From IMG/VR virus record IMGVR_UViG_3300042336_000327, positions 116,983 through 136,982 of that record: a stretch of DNA of 20,000 nt; one strand, given 5' to 3'. Both the position numbers and the translations under genes were made by a program. This stretch comes from an uncultured virus (IMG/VR IMGVR_UViG_3300042336_000327) (lineage: Duplodnaviria > Heunggongvirae > Uroviricota > Caudoviricetes). The notes beneath the pieces are model-generated. The model was given only the letters and a program-made list of their open reading frames with translations. It had not been told where the DNA came from and ran no database searches. Shown here piece by piece: positions 8,578 to 15,732 of this stretch (the stretch's first letter is position 1; every line of letters begins with the position of its first letter).

Positions 8578-10125
8578 ATGGCTATTACGACTACAACATT
8601 TACAAAATCAGTAGGATGGGCAAGAACTGATGTGATTGATCAGTTGGAGCAAGCATTCACTTGGTTAGAATTGCACGGAACTCAGATATCAGGACTTGTG
8701 ACCAGTATTAGTTCTTATAGTGGTGGTGGAACGGTTGGATCTTCTGGTACATATTATTATGATGTTCCTGTCGCAACTACAACTGGTATTGGGACAGGAG
8801 CAACATTTGATATTAGTAGAACTAGTGGTTCAATATCTGCTGTTTATGTCAATCGTCCAGGAGAAAATTATGTTCAAGGAGAATATGTAACTCTATCTGC
8901 TGCTGATATTGGTGGCGGATCTGCGGTTGCGATAGGAATTACTGTAAATGTTGATGGTGGTGCATCTCCAGTTGGATATGGATCAACCAATCAATTTTTT
9001 GATAAAAACTTCACACCTTCTAATGATAGCACTCGTCCTTGGGGAGTATTAAAACAGGACTTTGATACAAACAAAAGATTTGGAGTAACCTATAGGGGAT
9101 TTAAGGTTTATAGTAACTATCAAATGACATTAGTTGCTGGATCATCATTTTTCCCATACAATGTAGATAACGTTAACAATAGAGGTGGATACTATAGAGA
9201 TTCTTTTAGGGGAACAGAATTTTTAGATATCTCTAGAGAATCGCTAGGTACTCAGACATCATTGGATCGATCCAATGATGCTTATGCACAAATTTCTGCA
9301 CAATATGAAGATGTTTTTAGATTTGCAACATTAAACTCACCAACAACTCATGACCTTAATCTAAACATTTATCGTTCTGGTATTGATCCTAATTTTGCCG
9401 TTCTTTCCTATTCACAACCAACAGTCTCTGGAACACTGAACGATAGTACGTTTTCAACATTTATTGTCCATAATTTCACTTCAAGTTTATATAATTTTGA
9501 TGAAGTATTTTCTGCTGGACTTACTGTTGTTATGCCTAGACCTTCTATTAATACAAATGGTGGAGATTCTGCTCATCTTGGATTTAGAACTTATCTAACT
9601 GGAATGAAGTATCTTACTGAACAGAATATAAGCTTAAGATCAGCAGAAGCAGGATGGTCTCAGATTTATAGTGAAAATAGTCGCTATGGACTGGCTGCTC
9701 AAAATTATTCAATAGCATCATCTCAAACGTCATATACAAATTCGACTGGAGGTGGAACTGCTGGTAATGACTATGAAGATCCTAGTTCTAATGAAGCAAC
9801 AATCTTTTCAAGGAATAGTAGTTTTAAAAATACAGGAACTTTAACCATTGAGAGTTCCACAAGAACTTATGGAAATAGATATCCAATTACAACATATGCA
9901 TCTGTAATTAAAGGTATTCCTATTAATGGAAATCTAATTCCTTGTCCTTATTATATGCCTGATGATTTTGTATTGATTGATTTCAAACTAACTGCATCGG
10001 GACAAGATATCAAACAGGGAGATACAATCACAATCAGTGGTTCTGAAGTTTATACTGTGATTACTGGTTCTTATAACAAGTCCAATGAGACCGCTGGAAT
10101 TCTCTTCTGTGCGAGGAAGGTCTGA
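8578..10125 (+). CDS. Putative virion structural protein
   Basis: 515 aa, Ser/Thr/Gly-rich, with a GxGATFDI...V.V.RPGxxY beta-repeat motif; lies in a fibre-gene run. Confidence 0.6.
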   Translation: MAITTTTFTKSVGWARTDVIDQLEQAFTWLELHGTQISGLVTSISSYSGGGTVGSSGTYYYDVPVATTTGIGTGATFDISRTSGSISAVYVNRPGENYVQGEYVTLSAADIGGGSAVAIGITVNVDGGASPVGYGSTNQFFDKNFTPSNDSTRPWGVLKQDFDTNKRFGVTYRGFKVYSNYQMTLVAGSSFFPYNVDNVNNRGGYYRDSFRGTEFLDISRESLGTQTSLDRSNDAYAQISAQYEDVFRFATLNSPTTHDLNLNIYRSGIDPNFAVLSYSQPTVSGTLNDSTFSTFIVHNFTSSLYNFDEVFSAGLTVVMPRPSINTNGGDSAHLGFRTYLTGMKYLTEQNISLRSAEAGWSQIYSENSRYGLAAQNYSIASSQTSYTNSTGGGTAGNDYEDPSSNEATIFSRNSSFKNTGTLTIESSTRTYGNRYPITTYASVIKGIPINGNLIPCPYYMPDDFVLIDFKLTASGQDIKQGDTITISGSEVYTVITGSYNKSNETAGILFCARKV

Positions 10126-10337
10126 TGGCAGATTTTTCAATTCCTAATCTAGGAACTGCTGTTGTTGGATTTGCTTCAACTTCTCCAGTTGGAGTTCAGA
10201 CAACTTTTACCGTAAATAATAGTATTCCAGTTCAGGAAAATAGAGATATTAGTTTTAATGAAACAAGACCTGGATTCTTAACAGGAAGAAGACCTCAAAC
10301 AGGACAAGTGTTCCCAAGAGGAGTCTATAGCAAGTAG
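10125..10337 (+). CDS. Hypothetical protein (70 aa)
   Basis: TGATG stop/start coupling with the previous gene; C-terminal GFLTGRRP...FPRG. Confidence 0.7.
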   Translation: MADFSIPNLGTAVVGFASTSPVGVQTTFTVNNSIPVQENRDISFNETRPGFLTGRRPQTGQVFPRGVYSK

Positions 10338-10355
10338 GACAATTCCAAAACTGGC

Positions 10356-10382
10356 ACACCCCCTTGACGGGGGTGTTTTTTT
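10356..10382 (+). terminator. Intrinsic terminator with TTGAC loop
   Basis: ACACCCCC (10356-10363) / TTGAC / GGGGGTGT (10369-10376), then a T run. Confidence 0.85.
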
Positions 10383-10397
10383 GTGTTAATATAAATA
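10364..10397 (+). promoter_or_regulatory. psbA promoters: sigma70-type plus T4 late-type
   Basis: TTGACG (10364-10369), 17 bp spacer, TG-n-TAATAT (10387-10392); perfect TATAAATA at 10390-10397. Confidence 0.8.
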
Positions 10398-10439
10398 CAT
10401 CAACACGTTAAAGAATGTAACAAATCCTTAATGTTTGCA

Positions 10440-10545
10440 ACACCCGCTAACCGAGACCTATGGGTGTATAAATTACGTCTCTCATATCCCCGCTAAGGGT
10501 GCGGGGAGCATAGTATCTCCACCATTTCCCTGATGGTCTTACTAC
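10440..10545 (+). ncRNA. Structured psbA 5' leader, PhotoRC-II-like cis-regulatory RNA
   Basis: Pairings ACACCC/GGGTGT, GAGAC/GTCTC (crossing the first), TCCCCGC/GCGGGGA, TAGTA/TACTA and ACCAT/ATGGT. The location matches the PhotoRC motifs known upstream of cyanophage psbA; the family assignment is from recall, not a covariance search. Confidence 0.7.
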
Positions 10546-10558
10546 CTGTTTATTACAA

Positions 10559-11641
10559 ATGACTGCTACTCTTTCACGTCAAAAATCACAATCGAATATT
10601 TGGGAACAGTTCTGCAACTGGGTTACTTCAACCGATAACCGCCTCTATGTGGGTTGGTTTGGCGTTCTGATGATTCCCTGTCTGCTTGCTGCTACGACTT
10701 GCTTCATCATCGCATTCATCGGTGCTCCCCCTGTGGATATCGATGGTATCCGTGAACCCGTTGCTGGTTCACTCATGTACGGAAACAACATCATCTCTGG
10801 TGCTGTGATTCCTTCGTCCAATGCTATTGGACTGCACTTTTACCCCATCTGGGAAGCTGCTTCCCTAGATGAGTGGCTTTACAACGGTGGTCCTTTCCAA
10901 CTGGTTGTGTTCCACTTCCTGATCGGTATCTATGCTTATATGGGTCGTGAGTGGGAACTTTCCTACCGTCTTGGTATGCGTCCATGGATCTGTGTTGCTT
11001 ATAGCGCACCTGTTGCTGCTGCGAGTGCAGTGTTCCTGGTCTATCCTTTCGGTCAAGGTTCGTTCTCTGATGCGATGCCTCTGGGTATCTCTGGTACTTT
11101 CAACTACATGCTTGTGTTCCAGGCAGAGCACAACATCCTGATGCACCCCTTCCATATGCTTGGAGTTGCTGGTGTCTTCGGTGGTTCTCTGTTCAGTGCA
11201 ATGCACGGTTCTCTGGTTACTTCCTCGCTGGTTCGTGAAACCACTGAGAACGAGTCCCAGAACTATGGTTACAAGTTTGGTCAAGAAGAAGAGACCTATA
11301 ACATCGTTGCTGCTCACGGTTACTTTGGACGCCTTATTTTCCAATATGCTTCGTTCAATAACTCACGTTCGCTGCACTTCTTCCTTGCTGCCTGGCCTGT
11401 TGTAGGCATCTGGTTCACCGCTCTTGGTGTTTCCACGATGGCTTTTAATCTCAACGGACTGAATTTCAATCAGAGTATCCTGGATAGTCAGGGTCGTGTG
11501 CTCAACACTTGGGCAGATGTCCTGAACCGTGCTGGACTCGGAATGGAAGTGATGCATGAGAGAAACGCCCATAACTTTCCTCTGGACCTCGCTGCTGCCG
11601 AAGCAACTCCTGTTGCCTTGACTGCTCCTGCGATTGGTTGA
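10559..11641 (+). CDS. psbA: Photosystem II reaction centre protein D1 (intronless)
   Basis: Full-length 360 aa D1 (NRLYVGWFG...[14 protein letters not shown]) with a C-terminal extension. Confidence 0.99.
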   Translation: MTATLSRQKSQSNIWEQFCNWVTSTDNRLYVGWFGVLMIPCLLAATTCFIIAFIGAPPVDIDGIREPVAGSLMYGNNIISGAVIPSSNAIGLHFYPIWEAASLDEWLYNGGPFQLVVFHFLIGIYAYMGREWELSYRLGMRPWICVAYSAPVAAASAVFLVYPFGQGSFSDAMPLGISGTFNYMLVFQAEHNILMHPFHMLGVAGVFGGSLFSAMHGSLVTSSLVRETTENESQNYGYKFGQEEETYNIVAAHGYFGRLIFQYASFNNSRSLHFFLAAWPVVGIWFTALGVSTMAFNLNGLNFNQSILDSQGRVLNTWADVLNRAGLGMEVMHERNAHNFPLDLAAAEATPVALTAPAIG

Positions 11642-11662
11642 TAAGTTAGAATTTTCTAACGG

Positions 11663-11685
11663 AGACCCCGAAAGGGGTCTTTTTT
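11663..11685 (+). terminator. Intrinsic terminator after psbA
   Basis: AGACCCC / GAAA tetraloop / GGGGTCT, then a T run. Confidence 0.9.
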
Positions 11686-11686
11686 A

Positions 11687-11723
11687 TTGCTAAATACTTA
11701 AAGTTATGGTATAATAACTTTAA
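11687..11723 (+). promoter_or_regulatory. Endonuclease promoter region with a perfect 10-bp inverted repeat
   Basis: TTGCTA (11687-11692), 17 bp spacer, TG-n-TATAAT (11710-11715); CTAAATA at 11690-11696; TTAAAGTTAT (11698-11707) / ATAACTTTAA (11714-11723). Confidence 0.65.
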
Positions 11724-11737
11724 CAAATAAACCGACT

Positions 11738-12175
11738 ATGAAAACTTGTAAAATCTGCAATCAGTTAAAACCACTTACAGACTTTTATCAAACTGTAAGA
11801 AATGGTAGTCCATATGGGCATCACGGAAAATGTAAAAAATGTTATGTAAAAAAGCAACAAGAAAATTATGACCCAGTAAAAAAGAGGGATGAAAATTTGA
11901 AAAGAGTTTATGGTATTGGTATTGAGGAATATAATACTCTGTTAGAAAAGCAAGGGCATAAGTGTGCTATTTGCAATTCCACTGACCCGAAAGGTAGAAA
12001 ATCTGGTAGAGGTGGTGGAGTAGATGTTTTTTATGTTGACCACAATCATAAAACTGGTGAGGTTCGTGGACTTCTCTGCAATGTCTGCAACAGAACTATT
12101 GGTTATGTAAATGAAGATGTTGAATTAATTAGAAATATGATTGAGTATGTTAAACGGCATAGGGATGAGCACTAA
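11738..12175 (+). CDS. Free-standing endonuclease VII-family (F-CphI-like) putative homing endonuclease
   Basis: N-terminal CxxC...CxxC zinc module; YGIxxEEYxxLLxxQxxKCAIC and VDHNHKTGEVRGLLCNxCNxxIG EndoVII signature. Position next to psbA is as for F-CphI of phage S-PM2. Confidence 0.85.
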   Translation: MKTCKICNQLKPLTDFYQTVRNGSPYGHHGKCKKCYVKKQQENYDPVKKRDENLKRVYGIGIEEYNTLLEKQGHKCAICNSTDPKGRKSGRGGGVDVFYVDHNHKTGEVRGLLCNVCNRTIGYVNEDVELIRNMIEYVKRHRDEH

Positions 12176-12181
12176 TACTCA

Positions 12182-12215
12182 TTGACCTCTTTGTTAAAAA
12201 ATGTTAAGATAAATA
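12182..12215 (+). promoter_or_regulatory. psbD promoters: sigma70-type plus late-type
   Basis: TTGACC (12182-12187), 17 bp spacer, TG-n-TAAGAT (12205-12210); ATAAATA at 12209-12215; GGAGG RBS before the ATG. Confidence 0.75.
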
Positions 12216-12237
12216 TGAGAAATAACAAAAGGAGGCT

Positions 12238-13299
12238 ATGACTTCTTCTACACTTTCAAAACCAATTCAACAAAGGGGATGGTTCGATGTACTCGACGAC
12301 TGGCTTAAGAGAGACCGTTTCGTTTTTGTTGGCTGGTCTGGACTTCTTCTTTTTCCCACTGCTTACCTTGCTCTTGGTGGTTGGCTTACTGGGACAACTT
12401 TCGTTACGAGTTGGTATACTCACGGGTTGGCAAGTTCCTATCTTGAGGGTGCAAACTTTCTTACTGCGGCAGTTAGTACTCCAGCAGACGCTATGGGTCA
12501 TTCTCTTCTTCTGCTCTGGGGTCCTGAGGCTCAAGGGGATTTCGTCAGGTGGTGCCAACTTGGGGGACTCTGGCCTTTTGTGGCACTCCACGGAGCCTTC
12601 GCTCTTATAGGGTTTATGCTTCGTCAGTTTGAGATTGCCCGTCTTGTAGGTATCCGTCCTTATAACGCAATCGCATTCTCTGGTCCCATCGCAGTATTCG
12701 TTTCTGTATTCTTGATGTATCCTCTTGGTCAATCCAGTTGGTTCTTCGCACCTTCTTTTGGAGTTGCTGCTATCTTCAGGTTCCTTCTGTTTCTTCAGGG
12801 TTTCCACAACTGGACTCTCAACCCCTTCCATATGATGGGAGTTGCTGGTATTCTGGGTGGAGCACTACTCTGTGCGATTCATGGAGCAACAGTAGAAAAC
12901 ACGTTATTTGAAGATAGTGATCAAGCAAACACTTTCAAAGCATTTGAACCAACTCAAGAGGAAGAGACGTATTCTATGGTTACTGCGAACCGATTCTGGT
13001 CTCAGATCTTCGGTATTGCTTTTAGTAATAAGCGTTGGTTGCACTTCTTTATGCTTTTCGTTCCAGTTATGGGTCTCTGGACTTCTTCTATCGGCATCAT
13101 CGGTCTTGCTCTTAACCTCCGTGCTTACGACTTTGTATCTCAGGAGATTAGAGCGGCAGAGGATCCAGAGTTTGAGACGTTCTATACGAAGAATATCCTC
13201 CTTAATGAGGGACTTAGAGCGTGGATGGCACCAGTAGATCAACCTCATGAGAACTTTGTGTTCCCAGAGGAAGTTCTACCAAGAGGCAACGCACTGTGA
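12238..13299 (+). CDS. psbD: Photosystem II reaction centre protein D2
   Basis: [22 protein letters not shown]...[10 protein letters not shown], full-length D2. Confidence 0.99.
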   Translation: MTSSTLSKPIQQRGWFDVLDDWLKRDRFVFVGWSGLLLFPTAYLALGGWLTGTTFVTSWYTHGLASSYLEGANFLTAAVSTPADAMGHSLLLLWGPEAQGDFVRWCQLGGLWPFVALHGAFALIGFMLRQFEIARLVGIRPYNAIAFSGPIAVFVSVFLMYPLGQSSWFFAPSFGVAAIFRFLLFLQGFHNWTLNPFHMMGVAGILGGALLCAIHGATVENTLFEDSDQANTFKAFEPTQEEETYSMVTANRFWSQIFGIAFSNKRWLHFFMLFVPVMGLWTSSIGIIGLALNLRAYDFVSQEIRAAEDPEFETFYTKNILLNEGLRAWMAPVDQPHENFVFPEEVLPRGNAL

Positions 13300-13430
13300 C
13301 CGCACAGTATCTTCTATACTTGGTCATCTTCGCATTCGCACTTATCGTTATTTTTACTGAAGACCACGATGACGATGATGACCAAGATGGAGGAATCCTG
13401 CAACCTGCATATTCACAAGGAGGGGCTTGA
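13296..13430 (+). CDS. Small membrane protein with acidic tail (44 aa)
   Basis: GTGA overlap with the psbD stop. Manual translation [44 protein letters not shown]. Confidence 0.65.
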   Translation: MTAQYLLYLVIFAFALIVIFTEDHDDDDDQDGGILQPAYSQGGA

Positions 13431-13443
13431 CTCCTCCTTTTTT
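13417..13443 (+). terminator. Intrinsic terminator with CTTGA(C) loop
   Basis: AAGGAGGGG (13417-13425) / CTTGA / CTCCTCCTT (13431-13439, one G-U pair), then a T run. Confidence 0.8.
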
Positions 13444-13532
13444 ATGTCCTTTTAAGTATTTTGTATTGATTTCCAGACAACCATTAAGTTATGTTTTAAT
13501 AAATAAAATTTCAAGGTTTTGTTCTATAAACT

Positions 13533-14198
13533 ATGATATTAGATCTGGCACATACGATTGCAGATTATACGATTTGTGGGGAAGGTAATGTATCTGAAAG
13601 AGTTGATAAAGATACTTTTTTAATTAAGGCAAGTGGTACAAGTCTTCATACACTCTCCGAAGAAGATTTGACCTTATGTAATACAAATGGAGCACAGATA
13701 GAATTAAGTCATAAGAAACCAAGTATTGAGACACTGTTTCACGCTTGGATTATGAAAACTTTTCCAGAGATTAACTATATCGCTCATAGTCATCCACCAT
13801 ATACCACACAGATTCTTTGTTCTGATGCAGCAGATGATTTTGCGAATCATCGTTGGTTTCCAGATCAAATTGTAAGAAATGGTCCTAAGTCTTGTTTAGT
13901 TCCTTATGCTCCTCCTGGAGAAAGAATTCTTGCATTGGTTGAGGAATATGTAACCAAGTTTGTGAATGAGGAAGGATATTTTCCTAAACTAATTCTTCTC
14001 AAAAATCACGGCATCATTACAGCATCTCCTTATCAGAAAGATTGTGCATCTGCAAGTTTGATGTGTGAGAAGTCTGCTGAGATTTTTGTTGGTGCCAAAC
14101 TTCTTGGTGGTGTTCATTTCTTACCACAAGAAGAAGTTGAACATATTGAAAACTGTCCTGGAGAAAACTATCGTCGTAATATGTACTTTGAAGAATGA
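13533..14198 (+). CDS. Class II aldolase/adducin family protein
   Basis: GEGNVS, FLIKASG, KPSIETxFH, IAHSHPPY and LLKNHG metal-binding motifs. Confidence 0.88.
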   Translation: MILDLAHTIADYTICGEGNVSERVDKDTFLIKASGTSLHTLSEEDLTLCNTNGAQIELSHKKPSIETLFHAWIMKTFPEINYIAHSHPPYTTQILCSDAADDFANHRWFPDQIVRNGPKSCLVPYAPPGERILALVEEYVTKFVNEEGYFPKLILLKNHGIITASPYQKDCASASLMCEKSAEIFVGAKLLGGVHFLPQEEVEHIENCPGENYRRNMYFEE

Positions 14199-14320
14199 TA
14201 ACATCAGAAACACCCTATAAACTCGCAGAGATTATTCGTGATACTTGGCCAGGTCTTTACAGAAAACCAGAACCATCTTATAATGAAGAAAAGGAAATAA
14301 AAGATGAACAAGTATCGTGA
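14195..14320 (+). CDS. Small hypothetical protein (41 aa)
   Basis: ATGA overlap with the aldolase stop. Manual translation MITSETPYKLAEIIRDTWPGLYRKPEPSYNEEKEIKDEQVS*. Confidence 0.6.
   Translation: MITSETPYKLAEIIRDTWPGLYRKPEPSYNEEKEIKDEQVS
14256..14284 (+). promoter_or_regulatory. Sigma70-type promoter embedded in the small ORF
   Basis: TTTACA (14256-14261), 17 bp spacer, TATAAT (14279-14284), 19 bp before the 14304 ATG. Confidence 0.55.
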
Positions 14321-14600
14321 TGAGTATTTTTCAGTGATTGATAAAAGAACTGGAAGAAAGATTCTGGACTGTGGCGAAGAGTCTGATGCTCTTGAAATGG
14401 TTTCCTTTGATCCACATAACAGAACTTATACTCGTAATAAGTTTCTGATGGGACCTGTTGTGGATGTTGAGATTCCAAAGGCATTACCAACTAATGAGAT
14501 TGTTGTGAATATGGATGGTGGAGTTGGCGGTTCTTGGGAAGTGAAAGAACTGCCACAAATCAAACTTCCAGAAAGTCAAGCAGAACCAGTGGTTGTGTAA
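14304..14600 (+). CDS. Hypothetical protein (98 aa)
   Basis: Coding-strand ORF from the track; no recognisable motif. Confidence 0.7.
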   Translation: MNKYRDEYFSVIDKRTGRKILDCGEESDALEMVSFDPHNRTYTRNKFLMGPVVDVEIPKALPTNEIVVNMDGGVGGSWEVKELPQIKLPESQAEPVVV

Positions 14601-14601
14601 A

Positions 14602-14724
14602 ATGCTAAAAAAGATACAACACTTTCTTGAAAGAGATCAAGACATTACTTATTACGATGAGATCCATTATATTTTTATAACACTGAAGGAACTTGTTTTT
14701 GTTATTGGATCAAAGAATAAATAA
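14602..14724 (+). CDS. Small hypothetical protein (40 aa)
   Basis: Manual translation MLKKIQHFLERDQDITYYDEIHYIFITLKELVFVIGSKNK*. Starts 1 bp after the previous stop. Confidence 0.5.
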   Translation: MLKKIQHFLERDQDITYYDEIHYIFITLKELVFVIGSKNK

Positions 14725-14745
14725 TTTTAAAGAGTCTGTATTCAG

Positions 14746-15333
14746 ATGGAAGAGATTTATAGTTTAAAACCAGCATCAATATTTGAAGTTGGTGATGAGG
14801 AATTCTTCTTTGAAAGAGAAGAAGAAGGTCATAGTGATTATATCAATTCTGGGAGTCATTATGAACTCTTCTATGCTATTTCAAAATATTATGACCCAGA
14901 TAGTATTTTAGAAATCGGAACAAGAAATGGATACAGTCTTTATTCTTTATCTTTGGGTTCGACCACTTTAAATAAAATTGTTGGATATGAACTGGATAGT
15001 GAATCTGCTACTCGGACTGAAGAGAATTTGACAGAATCTCTTGCAGAAAATATTGATATAAGAGTCGAAACAATTAATAGTCAAGAACTAGAATCTTTAG
15101 ACGATAGTTATTATCTGATTCATATTGATGGCGATACAACTTTTGAAGGAAGATATCATGACCTTGAATTAACTAAAGGTAAGGCAAGAGTTGTATTGGT
15201 TAGTGACTTCTTTAGTGAAAGGAGTGGTAGAGATGCTGCCCAAAGATTTGTTTATGATAACCGCCACATTATTAAGAAGACCCACGTAATCGAATCTCTA
15301 AGGGGTCTTTACATTATTGAGTATGTTGGATAA
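14746..15333 (+). CDS. Class I SAM-dependent methyltransferase (Methyltransf_24-like)
   Basis: ILEIGTRNGYS motif I and LIHIDG motif; ATAAATA at 14717-14723 upstream. Confidence 0.75.
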   Translation: MEEIYSLKPASIFEVGDEEFFFEREEEGHSDYINSGSHYELFYAISKYYDPDSILEIGTRNGYSLYSLSLGSTTLNKIVGYELDSESATRTEENLTESLAENIDIRVETINSQELESLDDSYYLIHIDGDTTFEGRYHDLELTKGKARVVLVSDFFSERSGRDAAQRFVYDNRHIIKKTHVIESLRGLYIIEYVG

Positions 15334-15355
15334 ATAATTCAAATCGCAATCGCTT

Positions 15356-15727
15356 ATGGGACCTCTACACTCTCCAAAAGAATACTTGTTTCAGTTACAC
15401 GCAACAAGTTCTGGGGAGGCGAAACGAATGTGGAGGCAACATATAAAAGAACAGTGGAATCATCAATGTGCTTATTGTGGGTCGGAGGAGAGACTCACAA
15501 TTGATCACATTATCCCTCAATCAAAAGGTGGAGCAGACTTTACAAAAAACGTAGTCTGTTGCTGTCATGATTGTAACCAGTCGAAGGGACATGAGCACTG
15601 GAAATTATGGTTTGTTCAGCAAGACTTTTATAGTGAAGAAAGATTTAATAAAATAGAAGAATGGATGAAACCAGACCCTCCTCTTAATCTGTTTAAATAC
15701 AGACCAAGAAGAAATAATGCTTCGTAG
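15356..15727 (+). CDS. HNH endonuclease
   Basis: CAYCG...LTIDHIIPQSKGG...NVVCCCHDCNQSKG; ATAAATA at 15330-15336 upstream. Confidence 0.9.
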   Translation: MGPLHSPKEYLFQLHATSSGEAKRMWRQHIKEQWNHQCAYCGSEERLTIDHIIPQSKGGADFTKNVVCCCHDCNQSKGHEHWKLWFVQQDFYSEERFNKIEEWMKPDPPLNLFKYRPRRNNAS

Positions 15728-15732
15728 ATTTT

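Noticed and set aside
10824..13248. Antisense and alternative-frame ORFs within psbA and psbD
   Set aside because: Expected from the biased codon usage of strongly conserved genes; no recognisable motifs.
10559..13299. Group I intron in psbA or psbD
   Set aside because: Both frames are continuous and of normal length.
13427..13460. Sigma70 promoter from TTGACT in the third hairpin
   Set aside because: No convincing -10 box at 16-18 bp spacing (TTTTAA at 17 bp), so it is kept only as a terminator.
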